A stretch of 64,000 nucleotides of DNA from Armatimonadota bacterium (GTDB lineage Bacteria; Armatimonadota; Fimbriimonadia; Fimbriimonadales; GBS-DC). Shown in pieces: positions 1-9,470 of the stretch. The notes beneath the pieces were generated by a model that ran no database searches, was not told the DNA's origin, and saw nothing but the letters and a program-made list of their open reading frames with translations. How positions within the stretch are numbered: the stretch's first letter is position 1; each line of letters opens with the position of its first letter. The stretch covers positions 1 through 64,000 of the forward strand of contig JBBIML010000012.1 in the NCBI GenBank assembly GCA_037444405.1, given 5' to 3'. A program made the position numbers and the translations under genes.

Positions 1-153
1 AAACGCCCGCCCTAACGCCCCAATCCGACCCAGATAACCCTGCACTGTACCCACCGACACGCCGAGCCGCTCCGCTATCTCCCCATAACTGTAGCCTGCT
101 TCGTACAGCTCCGCCACCTGCCGCAAATACGCGGGCAGAGTCGCAAGAAAACG
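1..153 (-). pseudogene. Sigma-70 region 4 (ECF-like) HTH fragment, 5'-truncated, runs off window edge
   Basis: Own translation of the minus strand: RFLATLPAYLRQVAELYEAGYSYGEIAERLGVSVGTVQGYLGRIGALGRAF, a typical region-4 HTH. There is no room for region 2 before the stop of the upstream gene at 180. Confidence 0.6.
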
Positions 154-179
154 GATGGAACGGAACTCCTGCTGGTTTC

Positions 180-1439
180 CTATCGCGCGGTGCCTGCTGG
201 CGCGGCGGAGGGCACGAACGGCTCTATCAGGTGCAGAGCCAGCTCCTTCATAAAGAAGTGGCAGTCGGTCACGATGGGGAAGGTCTGGTGCGTGCCGCGA
301 TCAGTGAGTTTGATCACGGTGTCGGCATCGTTGTCCACGCAGAACACGCGCACGCTGGCAGGTAGCATATTGCCCGTCGCGACCGAGTGGAGCGTGGTGG
401 CGACCATAATCGCGACGCCCACGCCCGGAATATGCGCCCGCATGGCGTCCTGCGCCTCCAGCACATCGGTAATCACTTCGGGCAGGGGTCCGTCGTCGCG
501 GATACTACCCGCCAGCACGAAGGGCACATTGTGCCGAACGCATTCGTACATCACGCCTTTGGTGAGGATGCCCTGCTCGACGGCGGCGCGGATGCCGCCT
601 GCCAGCCGAATGCGGTTGATGGCGCGGATGTGGTGCTGGTGCCCGTGTTTGACGGGCGCACCCAGCTCCAGCGCGACGCCGAGCGAGGTGCCGTATAGGG
701 CGGCTTCGATATCGTGGGCTGCCAGCGCGTTGCCCGCGAACAGCACATCGATCCAGCCGTTGCGGATGAGCTGTTCCAGATAGATGCCGGCACCCGTGTG
801 GATGATGGCGGGGCCGCCCACGAACAGCACCTTTTCGCCGCGCGCTTTGGCTTTGCGCACCTCGTCGGCGACGCCGCGCACGGCACGCTCCTTCGGCTTC
901 TCGGAGGAGACATCACTGCCCATGAAGGCGAAGATGGAGGTGGGGTCGCGTCGTTCGGGCGGCGTGACGCGGATGCCCTCGTGCCCCACCACGATCAGGT
1001 CGCCCCTGCGCACGCGCGCCATCGGCACGGTCGCCGCCCGCCAGTGTGAACCCTCCTGCCACACCCGAATGCCGCAATCCATCTCGATGTTCTCCACCGG
1101 TATCCAGCGGTGATGCACCCGCACGAAGGTCTCCAGATTGGTGGTGGAATAGAAGTCTTCGGGGAAGACGCCATCTTTGGGCGCGGGTTCGAGGCGGGCA
1201 TCCTCATGAGAGAAGTTCGCACCGTGCTGCTGCACCTCGGTCAGCACCGCCTCCAGCTGCTCCTCGGTGTCTGCCTGAACCAGAATCTCGAACTTACTGG
1301 TCTCGTCGCGCGTGTGCCCAATTCGAGCGTGCTGAATCTCGTACCGCACGCCCGCGTAGGACGAGAGAATGTCCAGCACCTTGGACAGCGTGAGCGAATC
1401 GATGACATGACCCTCCAGATGAATGATTTCCGATGGCAT
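180..1439 (-). CDS. TIGR00300-family protein (LOR/SDH-related, ornithine cyclodeaminase-like)
   Basis: GHVIDSL, PEDFYSTTN, FMGSDVSSEK, GNALAAHDIE, LAGSIRDDGPLP, LHSVATGN motifs. ATG at 1439 follows GGAGGAG. Confidence 0.85.
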   Translation of the reverse strand: MPSEIIHLEGHVIDSLTLSKVLDILSSYAGVRYEIQHARIGHTRDETSKFEILVQADTEEQLEAVLTEVQQHGANFSHEDARLEPAPKDGVFPEDFYSTTNLETFVRVHHRWIPVENIEMDCGIRVWQEGSHWRAATVPMARVRRGDLIVVGHEGIRVTPPERRDPTSIFAFMGSDVSSEKPKERAVRGVADEVRKAKARGEKVLFVGGPAIIHTGAGIYLEQLIRNGWIDVLFAGNALAAHDIEAALYGTSLGVALELGAPVKHGHQHHIRAINRIRLAGGIRAAVEQGILTKGVMYECVRHNVPFVLAGSIRDDGPLPEVITDVLEAQDAMRAHIPGVGVAIMVATTLHSVATGNMLPASVRVFCVDNDADTVIKLTDRGTHQTFPIVTDCHFFMKELALHLIEPFVPSAAPAGTAR

Positions 1440-1545
1440 CGTCTCCTCCCGCATGATTTTACCTGACGGCTGGGTATAATGGGTGCGACCAGTTGCTGCC
1501 CTGTGCCGCCTGGTCCAAAACCAACCACAAAGGGGGTGATAGGTG

Positions 1546-1587
1546 ATGAATAACCGTCACCGTACTGTGGAGGGGATGGCATTTTAG
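1546..1587 (+). other. Putative 13-aa small ORF (MNNRHRTVEGMAF) inside a structured leader
   Basis: GGGTATAAT at about 1472-1480, strong SD AGGGGGTGA at 1531-1539, ATG 1546, TAG 1585-1587, flanking hairpins. Confidence 0.35.
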
Positions 1588-1740
1588 CCACCCGTAGACG
1601 GGTTGGCGATGCCGACCGACCCGTGGGGCGGAAGGTTAGCGACGCCCGCTACGGGGTTCGGCGATGAATGCATCCTCTCCGAGAGAACGCGCCGGGTGTG
1701 AACCCGGCGCACCCAAACTCTCACCTATGGGGGACAGAAT

Positions 1741-2562
1741 ATGGCAAGACAGTTGCTGAGTCAGGTAATGCACTGGTGGAACATCGCGAAGGAGCTGTCG
1801 CCGAAGCAGGTAGAGCGCGAGCTGTTGACGCCGTTCCGTATCGCGCTCGTGGGGCAGCCGGATCGGGTGGAAGCGGTATGGCGCGTGCTGACCAGCGGCG
1901 CCAGCCCGCAAACGCTACAGACCGCATCGGAGTATGTTCAGCGGCTTAACGCGCCGCCCACCGAAGAGTTCGACTTCATCCTGGGCTGTGATGCGCTGGA
2001 GGTGCCACAGGACGCGATCGAAGCCATCGTGGAGCATTTCCAGAGGAACGAGTTCCCGCTGGTCGCGCTGGCGCGGGTACTGCCCGGCACGCGCGAGATG
2101 GTGGTCAATCGCATCGTGGAGGAGGTCGCCTCGCTGAACGCGGGGCTGGCGATGTTGTCGGCGGTGCCATCCGTGGTTCCGTTACTGGGTCTGCTCGCGC
2201 CGCCTGCCGCCGTCGCCGATATGGTGGTGCTGACCAAGAATCAGCTGCTGATGGTGTTGCGCGTGGCGGCGGCGTATGGCAGGGCGCCCGACTGGCGCAA
2301 GCGGTTGCCAGAGCTGGCGAGCGTGCTGGGCGCGGCGTTCGGCTGGCGAGCCGTCGCGCGGGAGCTGGTCGGCTTCGTGCCCGGCGGGGTCGGCATGGTC
2401 ATCAAGGGCATGGTCGCCTACGCGGGCACGCTCACTGTCGGACGCGCCGCCGCATGGTACTACGCCACCGGGCGCGCGCCCGGCAAAGCCGAGCGCGAGC
2501 GGCTCTATCAGCAGGCGTGGGAGGAAGCCCGCGAGCGAAGCCAAGACTGGAACCGACCGTGA
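1741..2562 (+). CDS. Conserved hypothetical membrane-associated protein (DUF697/EcsC-like)
   Basis: ADMVVLTKNQLLMVLRVAAAYG and ARELVGFVPGGVGMVIKGMVAYAGT resemble DUF697-type C-terminal regions. Confidence 0.6.
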   Translation: MARQLLSQVMHWWNIAKELSPKQVERELLTPFRIALVGQPDRVEAVWRVLTSGASPQTLQTASEYVQRLNAPPTEEFDFILGCDALEVPQDAIEAIVEHFQRNEFPLVALARVLPGTREMVVNRIVEEVASLNAGLAMLSAVPSVVPLLGLLAPPAAVADMVVLTKNQLLMVLRVAAAYGRAPDWRKRLPELASVLGAAFGWRAVARELVGFVPGGVGMVIKGMVAYAGTLTVGRAAAWYYATGRAPGKAERERLYQQAWEEARERSQDWNRP

Positions 2563-5213
2563 GGGCGTGGGTGGTCGCGTGGCTGTTAAGCGGGCTGGGC
2601 GCGCTGACGCCCGCCCTCTGCCAACAGGTGATGGTGCGCCCGGACCCCGATGCGCCCCTTGTCGCCCTCGAAATCTGGGTTCGGGCAGGCAGCGCGAACG
2701 AGACCCGCGAGACTTCCGGCGCCGCGCATCTGCTGGAGCATCTCATCTTCAAAGGCACAGCCCGACACGCGCCGGGCGTGCTGGACGCCACGATTGAATC
2801 CGCGGGCGGCATTCTGGAAGCCACCACCGAGCGCGACTGGACACGCTATCGCGCGGCGGTATTGCCGGACCGCTGGGAGCCGTGCCTGCGCATGCTGTTG
2901 CACCATCTGCTTCAGCCTGCTCTGCCCGAAGCCGAGCTGCAGCGTGAGCGCGCGATTGTTTTGCAGGACGAATACGCGCTCCATCGGGCAGACCCGATTC
3001 GCACGGCACGCTACGCGCTCTATCAGAAGGCGTATGGCGAGCATCCCTACGCCCTGCCACCGCTGGGCGTTCCCGACACGCTGGCGAAGCTCACGCGCGA
3101 GCAGGTGCTGGCGTTCCATGCCCGCCACTATCGCCCCGAACGGATGGTGATTGTGGTGGTGGGGCGTGTGGAGCCAGCGCGCGTGCAGGCGGTGGTGCAG
3201 GAGGAAATCAGCAAGACCCTCTCCGCCTCTGGAGGAGAGGGCGAACGAGCCCCTGAAACCCTCTCCGCCTCTAAGGGAGAGGGTACGGGTGAGGGGGTAG
3301 AAGTTCAGCAGTCGGGCTGGCTGGCGCTGGGGGTCAAGGCACCGCCCGCGAACCCGCCCGACGCGATGCTCGCAGCGGAGGTAGTGCGCCTCGCACTGGC
3401 GGAACCCTATCTCGGATTGCTCTATCAACCGCTGAACCACGGGCAGGATGCCCGTGCTACGGACACCCGCAACTGGCAGGGCGTGCCCTTTGTCTATCTG
3501 CAGAGCGAATATATGCCCCGCCCGATTCAATCGCTGATGCTCTTCTTTTTCCAGCTGCCGCCCGATTCAGGCGATGAAGGTGTGCAGAAACTGCGTGCGC
3601 ACTGGCACGCATGCGTGCGCCAGATTGTTGAGGGCAGGGCGCGCTGGCAACTGGAGCGTGCAAAAGGATGGCTAATCGCCCGCCACCAGCAGGCGATGGC
3701 GAACCCGCTGGAGCGTGCGCGGCTGTACGCGCTTTACGCCACACTGGGGCTGCCCACTTTGCCCGATGAGTACCTTTCGCGCCTGCAATCGCTCTCTGTG
3801 GAGCAGATTGAGCAGGTGGCACGCGAGATGCTGAACCCCTCTCCCCCGCTCACTAAATCCCTCTCCCCCTCTGGGGGAGAGAGCGAACGAGTCTCTGGAC
3901 CCCTCTCCCCCGTTGGAGGAGAGGGTACGGGTGAGGGGGCACGGGGTGAGGAGACGGTCTATCGGCAGGTGCTGGCGAACGGCATGCGGGTGATTGCCCT
4001 GCGGCAGTCGGGCGCGAGGCAGGTGGTGATGCAGCTGCTGGTCGCCACAGGGTTGGATGCCGAGCGCGACTTCCCTGCAGGCACAGGCGAGCTGACCGCG
4101 CGCATGCTGTTCACCGCCACCCACAACGAGACGCAGGCGACGATGGCGATGCGAATCGCACGCTCTGGCGGCGCACTGACGCTGAGCTGGGAGCCTGTGG
4201 GCGTGCGTATTCTTGCCGTCGCCGAGCCAGCCGCGCTGGAGAATGTGCTATCCCTGTTGCGGGAGGGGCTGACCCGCGCGGTGTTCGAGCCAGAAAGCTT
4301 GCGCCACGCGCTGCAGCTCGCCATTGCTGAACGCCAGCGCACCGACGGCACGCACGAGTTCTATCTCTATGACCAGCTGTTGCGCCAGCTGAACGGCGCG
4401 AGCAGTCTGTACGCGACCGCCGAGCAGCTCCAGCGCGTGCGACTGGAACATATTCGCGCCTTCTATCGCCTTTATTACCGCCCTGAACGGTTCGTTTTTG
4501 TGATTGCAGGCGATCTGTCCGTGGAGCGCCTGACGGAGCTGGTACAGCGGTACTTCGGGACGCTGGAGGGGACTCCCTCACCCCCTGCCCCCTCTCCCAC
4601 GCTGTGGGAGAGGGGGTTCGAAAAGCCCCTCTCCCCCGCTGGAGGAGAGGGTACGGGTGAGGGGGCGTTTTATCCTGCTGCCCTGCACGCAGGTGCGAGA
4701 GTAGCAGTTGCTGCCTGTGGCGGTGGGGCGACGCTCTATCTGGGGTTCGGGCTGCGCGTGCAGGTGCGCACGCCTGCCGACTATGCCGCGCTGATGGTGT
4801 TGCACGCGCTGCTGTGCGAGGGCAAAGGCTCCGCGCTCTTTCAGCAGATGCGGCAGGCGCGGGGCGTCGGCTATGCGTTCGGCGGCGCGCCCCTCATGTG
4901 GCAGGGCGACGGGCTGCTGCTGGGCTTCCTGCAGGTGGGCGCGAGTCGCGCCAGCCAGCAGCAAGAGCTGCTGAACGCGCTACAGACACTGGCGACGCTC
5001 AAAGAGATCGACCCGAACGCCTTCCAACGGGCGGTCGCGCTTGCGGAGGGGCGCTGGCGGCTTGCCCGCCTCGATATCGTTGAGCGCACGCGCCGACTCG
5101 CCCTCGCTGAAGTTAGCGGAGTCGGGTATCATGCGGAGGAGCAGCTGCCCGACTGGCTCCAGAAGCTGGATCGGGCAAGCGTGCTGACCGACGCCTCGCA
5201 GGGCGCACCGTGA
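2559..5213 (+). CDS. M16 family zinc peptidase (tandem M16 halves), signal peptide, with in-frame repeat insertions
   Basis: GSANE..SGAAHLLEHLIFKGT (HxxEH), two Y.PERM/F.VV motifs. GTG at 2559 overlaps the upstream stop and gives a signal peptide. Confidence 0.85.
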   Translation: MRAWVVAWLLSGLGALTPALCQQVMVRPDPDAPLVALEIWVRAGSANETRETSGAAHLLEHLIFKGTARHAPGVLDATIESAGGILEATTERDWTRYRAAVLPDRWEPCLRMLLHHLLQPALPEAELQRERAIVLQDEYALHRADPIRTARYALYQKAYGEHPYALPPLGVPDTLAKLTREQVLAFHARHYRPERMVIVVVGRVEPARVQAVVQEEISKTLSASGGEGERAPETLSASKGEGTGEGVEVQQSGWLALGVKAPPANPPDAMLAAEVVRLALAEPYLGLLYQPLNHGQDARATDTRNWQGVPFVYLQSEYMPRPIQSLMLFFFQLPPDSGDEGVQKLRAHWHACVRQIVEGRARWQLERAKGWLIARHQQAMANPLERARLYALYATLGLPTLPDEYLSRLQSLSVEQIEQVAREMLNPSPPLTKSLSPSGGESERVSGPLSPVGGEGTGEGARGEETVYRQVLANGMRVIALRQSGARQVVMQLLVATGLDAERDFPAGTGELTARMLFTATHNETQATMAMRIARSGGALTLSWEPVGVRILAVAEPAALENVLSLLREGLTRAVFEPESLRHALQLAIAERQRTDGTHEFYLYDQLLRQLNGASSLYATAEQLQRVRLEHIRAFYRLYYRPERFVFVIAGDLSVERLTELVQRYFGTLEGTPSPPAPSPTLWERGFEKPLSPAGGEGTGEGAFYPAALHAGARVAVAACGGGATLYLGFGLRVQVRTPADYAALMVLHALLCEGKGSALFQQMRQARGVGYAFGGAPLMWQGDGLLLGFLQVGASRASQQQELLNALQTLATLKEIDPNAFQRAVALAEGRWRLARLDIVERTRRLALAEVSGVGYHAEEQLPDWLQKLDRASVLTDASQGAP
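3216..3297. repeat. Palindromic CCCTCTCC..GGAGAGGG element, in frame in M16 gene
   Basis: Two CCCTCTCC-N-GGAGAGGG hairpins plus TACGGGTGAGGGG; encodes TLSASGGEGERAPETLSASKGEGTGEG. Confidence 0.8.
3438..3460 (-). repeat. GTAG-type REP-like palindrome, in frame (HGQDARAT)
   Basis: Reverse complement GTAGCACGGGCATCCTGCCCGTG matches the copy at 7665. Confidence 0.65.
3835..3950. repeat. Palindromic CCCTCTCC..GGAGAGGG element, in frame in M16 linker
   Basis: Encodes PSPPLTKSLSPSGGESERVSGPLSPVGGEGTGEG; same family as 3216. Confidence 0.8.
4574..4664. repeat. Palindromic CCCTCTCC..GGAGAGGG element, in frame in M16 gene
   Basis: CCCTCACCCCC...CCCTCTCCCAC..GTGGGAGAGGG...CCCTCTCC..GGAGAGGGTACGGGTGAGGGG; encodes PSPPAPSPTLWERGFEKPLSPAGGEGTGEG. 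Confidence 0.8.
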
Positions 5214-5267
5214 GCCGTGCCCCGGCACTGGCTCCAGCATGCCCCGATACGGGATGGTTGAGCGCAA

Positions 5268-6980
5268 ATGGGACACACAGCAACGACCCTCGTGGAGACG
5301 ATCCTGCTGGTGATCGGCGTCAGCATACTGGTGGTGGCGCTGTTCCAGCGGTTGCGCGTGCCTGCAATAGTGGGATTTATTCTGACAGGCGTGCTGATCG
5401 GTCCGCACGGGCTGGGCTGGGTCAAGGAGGCGGAGACCATCCAGCTGCTGGCAGAGATGGGTGTGGTGCTGCTGCTCTTTTCGCTGGGGGTGGAGTTCTC
5501 CATCGAGCGGCTGATCCAGTTGCGCCACTATGTGTTGCGGGCGGGGCTGGCGCAGGTCGCGCTCACGATTGCCCTCTGCACGCTGGGCGCGCTCCTGCTG
5601 GGCTATGCGTTCGCGCAGGCGCTCGCGCTGGGCATGATTATCAGCCTCAGCAGCACGGCGGTCGGCGTGAAACTGCTCAAGCAGCGCGAGGAGCTGGACA
5701 GCACGCATGGGCGGATGGCGGTCGGCGTGTTGCTGTTGCAGGATGTGATGGCGCCGCTGTTTATGGCGATGCTACCCTTTCTGGCGAAGACGGGTTCGCT
5801 CAGCGCGACGGCGATTGCGGGGCGGATGGCGCTGATTCTGCTGGGCGTGGTGGCAGTCTATTTGATGGCGCGGGCGATGGTGCCGCTCGTGTTGCGCTGG
5901 CTGATGGCGTCCGACACACGCGAGCTGCCCGTGCTGGGTTCGCTCTTTATCGCGCTGCTGATGAGCTTCATCACGCAGCGGCTGGGGCTGTCGCCCGCGC
6001 TCGGCGCGTTCGTGGCGGGCATCATCATCTCGGAAACGCCCTATAGCCATCAGATTACCGCCAATATCGTGCCGTTCCGCGACAGTTTCCTCGCCCTCTT
6101 CTTCATCTCGGTAGGGCTGCTGGTGAACCTGCCTCACCTGATGGGGAGCAGCGGGCAGATTATCGGCTGGACAGTGCTGTTGCTGTCGCTCAAATGGGCG
6201 ATCGTGGTGCTGGTGGCGTATCTGTCGCGGCGTCCGCTGCGCGTCGGGCTGATTGCAGGCGCACTGCTGGCGAACATCGGCGAGTTCTCCTTCGTGCTGA
6301 TTGGTCAGGCGCAGACGCTGTTGCCCGCCGAGCTGGTTCAGGGGCTGATTGTGGGCACCTCGCTCAGTATCCTGCTCACACCCATCCTGCTGGCGGCGAC
6401 CTATCGCCTCACGCTGTACGCCACAGGGCACTTCGAGCTGATTGAACGCATCGGACGGCACGCGGAGCCACCGCTGAAAGACCATGTGATTATTGTGGGC
6501 TACGGGCTGAACGGGCGCAATCTGGCGAATGTGTTGCGCGAGCTGGATGTGCCCTTCGTGGTGGTGGAGCTGAACGGTGCGCTGGTGCGCGAGGCGCAGA
6601 AGCAGGGTATCCCGGTGGTGTACGGCGATGCGGCGAACCCCGACATTCTGAAAGCGGCGGGCATCCGTCAGGCACGGGCGGTCGTGCTGGCGATGTCCGA
6701 CCCCATCAGCACGCGCTATGCGGTGCGCACCGCCCGCGAGCTGAACCCAACGGTCTATCTGGTCGCCCGCACGCGGTACCTGACGGAGATTGAGCCGCTC
6801 TATGCGGCAGGCGCGACCGATGTGATCCCCGAAGAGTTTGAGGCGTTCGTGGAGATTGCCGACCGCATCATGCAGATGCTGGGCGTGGACGAGTCGGCGC
6901 GTCAGGAGGTGATCCACGCCTGCCACGCCCGCCACTACAAAATGCTCCAGGAAACCCGCGAAGGGCTGTTCGCGAATTGA
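5268..6980 (+). CDS. CPA2 cation:proton antiporter (Kef-type) with TrkA-N domain
   Basis: About 12 TM segments, SLSSTA, LLLQD, C-terminal HVIIVGYGLNG and YGDA RCK motifs. Confidence 0.9.
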   Translation: MGHTATTLVETILLVIGVSILVVALFQRLRVPAIVGFILTGVLIGPHGLGWVKEAETIQLLAEMGVVLLLFSLGVEFSIERLIQLRHYVLRAGLAQVALTIALCTLGALLLGYAFAQALALGMIISLSSTAVGVKLLKQREELDSTHGRMAVGVLLLQDVMAPLFMAMLPFLAKTGSLSATAIAGRMALILLGVVAVYLMARAMVPLVLRWLMASDTRELPVLGSLFIALLMSFITQRLGLSPALGAFVAGIIISETPYSHQITANIVPFRDSFLALFFISVGLLVNLPHLMGSSGQIIGWTVLLLSLKWAIVVLVAYLSRRPLRVGLIAGALLANIGEFSFVLIGQAQTLLPAELVQGLIVGTSLSILLTPILLAATYRLTLYATGHFELIERIGRHAEPPLKDHVIIVGYGLNGRNLANVLRELDVPFVVVELNGALVREAQKQGIPVVYGDAANPDILKAAGIRQARAVVLAMSDPISTRYAVRTARELNPTVYLVARTRYLTEIEPLYAAGATDVIPEEFEAFVEIADRIMQMLGVDESARQEVIHACHARHYKMLQETREGLFAN

Positions 6981-6990
6981 TAATCAAAAG

Positions 6991-7668
6991 ATGGCAGGGC
7001 AAACTTTGCTGGCGATTGAGTCGACCGGCGCGCTCTGCGGTGTTGCGCTGGTGCAGGACGGCGCATTGCTGGGCAGCGTTCGGCTAAGGCACGGGCTGAA
7101 CCTGTCGGGCAACCTCCTGCACGCGACCGAGTGGCTGCTGGGGCGGCACGCGCTGCGCCTGCAGGCGGTGGACGCCTTCGCCGTGGATGTGGGACCCGGC
7201 TCCTTCACGGGGCTGAAGATAGGCGTGATGCTTGCTAAAACATGGGCGCACGCGCTGGAGAGGTCGCTGGTGGCGGTGTCGGCGTTCGAGGCGTGCGCGG
7301 CGCTGGCGCCGGCGGGCGTCGCGTTGCTCATCGCGCTACCTGCCCGACGCGACGCGCTCTACCTGCAGCGGTTCAACCCTGCCAGCGAACCCGCGATGGT
7401 CAAGCAGGCTCATCTTGCCGACTGGCTGGAGCGCACAGCCGCGCAAACGCCGGCGCCGCTGATGGTGATGGGCACGGCGCAGGCGTGGGACTGGCTTCAA
7501 CCGCTGTTGCCCGACGCGCTCTGGCTACCGATGGAGTGCCCCGACCCTGCAGGTGTGGCGCAGGTCGGCTGGCAGCGCCTGCAAAAGGGCGAGACTGTAC
7601 ATCCCTTCAGCCTGACCCCGCTCTATATCCAGCCGCCCTCCATCACCCTGCCACGCCAGCGGCCGTAG
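6991..7668 (+). CDS. tsaB: tRNA threonylcarbamoyladenosine biosynthesis protein TsaB
   Basis: LLAIEST, VDVGPGSFTGLKIG, ARRD, L.PLYI motifs. Confidence 0.9.
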   Translation: MAGQTLLAIESTGALCGVALVQDGALLGSVRLRHGLNLSGNLLHATEWLLGRHALRLQAVDAFAVDVGPGSFTGLKIGVMLAKTWAHALERSLVAVSAFEACAALAPAGVALLIALPARRDALYLQRFNPASEPAMVKQAHLADWLERTAAQTPAPLMVMGTAQAWDWLQPLLPDALWLPMECPDPAGVAQVGWQRLQKGETVHPFSLTPLYIQPPSITLPRQRP

Positions 7669-7686
7669 CACGGGCGCCCCGCCCGT
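7665..7686 (+). repeat. GTAG-type REP-like palindrome overlapping tsaB stop
   Basis: GTAGCACGGGCGCCCCGCCCGT. Confidence 0.6.
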
Positions 7687-7715
7687 AAGACCCAGAGGGT
7701 ATACTTGCTAACGCT

Positions 7716-8525
7716 ATGCCAGGCAAAACCCTGTCGAAGGCAGTCCGAACATCCAGACCGCGCACCCGCCTGCCCAAAACGGCAGCCGCGGAGACATCCC
7801 CATACGACCCTGACCTGGACGAGATCATCGAGCGTGCGCGAAACATCGAATTGATCGAGGAGGACGGCGAACCGTCGGAAAGCGACTGGCATGTGAAGCA
7901 GATTCATCTGCTGGACGAAATCGTGCGTCAGAATCTGGGCGACCCGCAAAACTACTTCTGTGGCGGCAATATGTTCATCTACTACAGCACGGCTCAGGCG
8001 GATGCTGTGCGGGAGAACCGCGCCGCGTTCAAAGGTCCCGACTTCTTCCTGGTGCGCGGCGTGGACGGTCGCAAGCCGCGTCCGTACTGGGTGGCATGGC
8101 AAGAGGACGGGCACTATCCCGATCTGGTAATGGAGCTGGTATCGCGCAAGACGGCTCGCAAGGACAAGCAGGAGAACCTTGAGTTCTACGCGCGGGTATT
8201 GCGCGTGCCCGAGTATTTCTGGTATGACCCCGATCAGGATGAGCTGCGTGGCTTTCGGCTCGATGTGGCGCGGGGCGTATATGAGCCGATAGAGCCGAAC
8301 GAGCAGGGCTGGCTCTGGAGCGCGGTGCTGGAGGCGTACTGGGGCACATGGGATGGCGAGTATAACGGTCGGCGGTATCGCTGGGTGCGCCTCTATCGCG
8401 CCGATGGCAGCCTTGTGCCGACCAAAGAGGAGCTGGTCGCCCAGGAACGCCAGCGCGCCGAGCAAGCCGAAGCCGAACTGCAGCGGCTCAGGCAACTGCT
8501 ACGCGAAAAGGGCATCGAGCTGTGA
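7716..8525 (+). CDS. Uma2-family (DUF820) putative endonuclease
   Basis: ESDWH, GPDFFLV, PDLVMELVS, PEYFWYDP, coiled-coil tail; paralog of 62793. Confidence 0.9.
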   Translation: MPGKTLSKAVRTSRPRTRLPKTAAAETSPYDPDLDEIIERARNIELIEEDGEPSESDWHVKQIHLLDEIVRQNLGDPQNYFCGGNMFIYYSTAQADAVRENRAAFKGPDFFLVRGVDGRKPRPYWVAWQEDGHYPDLVMELVSRKTARKDKQENLEFYARVLRVPEYFWYDPDQDELRGFRLDVARGVYEPIEPNEQGWLWSAVLEAYWGTWDGEYNGRRYRWVRLYRADGSLVPTKEELVAQERQRAEQAEAELQRLRQLLREKGIEL

Positions 8526-8527
8526 AC

Positions 8528-9427
8528 ATGGAGCCGAAGCCGACTGTGGGGTTCATCGGGCTGGGCATCATGGGACGCCCGATGGCGCGCCATATCCTGC
8601 GGGCGGGCTATCCGCTGATTGTGCATAATCGCAGTCGCCCGCCGATCGAAAGCCTTGTAGCCGAAGGCGCGCGGGAGGCGCATTCCCCTGCGGAGCTGGC
8701 GGCGCAGTGCGACTGCGTGATTACCTGCCTGCCCGACGACGCAACCGTGCGCCAGGTGTGGTGGACAGGTGAGAACGCTGCCCTGCCCGCAATGCGACCT
8801 GACACGCTCGCCATCGACATGGGCACAACCTCGCCCAGCCTCGCGCAGGAATTAGCTGCCGTTGCCCGGCAGCACGGAGTGCATTTCCTCGACGCGCCCG
8901 TCACAGGCGGGCAGTGGGGCGCCGAAGCGGGCACACTGACCATCATGGTCGGCGGCGAACCGACCGCCTATGAGCGCGCCCTGCCCATCCTGCAGGCGAT
9001 GGGCAAAAAGATTGTGCATGTCGGCGAGAGCGGCAAAGGGCAGCTGATGAAACTCGCCAACCAGATTGCCGTCGCCATCGGCATTCTGGCGGTGGCGGAA
9101 TCGCTGCTGTTCGCGGAGCAGGCAGGGCTGGACCTGAACCAGACCATCGAAGTGCTGAGTTCGGGCGCGGCAGGCTCCTGGGCGATGGAAAACCTGGGAC
9201 GACGAATCGCCCAGCGCGATTTTGAACCCGGCTTTATGGTGCAACTGCAACAGAAAGACCTGCAGATGGTGCTGGACGAATCGCGTCGGAGCCAGCTGCC
9301 ACTGCTGGGCACCGCGCTGGTGAACCAGCTCTATCGCCACCTGGAGCGCACTGGCGAGCAGCGGCTCGGCACCCAGGCGCTCATACTGGTGCTGGAACGC
9401 CTCGCAGGCGTGCCGAAAGTGAAGTAG
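8528..9427 (+). CDS. Beta-hydroxyacid dehydrogenase (2-hydroxy-3-oxopropionate reductase / GarR-like)
   Basis: [39 protein letters not shown]. Confidence 0.9.
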   Translation: MEPKPTVGFIGLGIMGRPMARHILRAGYPLIVHNRSRPPIESLVAEGAREAHSPAELAAQCDCVITCLPDDATVRQVWWTGENAALPAMRPDTLAIDMGTTSPSLAQELAAVARQHGVHFLDAPVTGGQWGAEAGTLTIMVGGEPTAYERALPILQAMGKKIVHVGESGKGQLMKLANQIAVAIGILAVAESLLFAEQAGLDLNQTIEVLSSGAAGSWAMENLGRRIAQRDFEPGFMVQLQQKDLQMVLDESRRSQLPLLGTALVNQLYRHLERTGEQRLGTQALILVLERLAGVPKVK

Positions 9428-9470
9428 CAAGCGGGTATCATATGGAATAGCCCCACGAGTGGAGGGAACA

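Noticed and set aside
1480..1712. tmRNA, SRP, RNase P or a known riboswitch
   Set aside because: No tRNA-like ends or ALAA-type tag, no SRP GGAA/AGCAG loop, and no RNase P or riboswitch consensus recognised. Kept only as an unknown structured leader.
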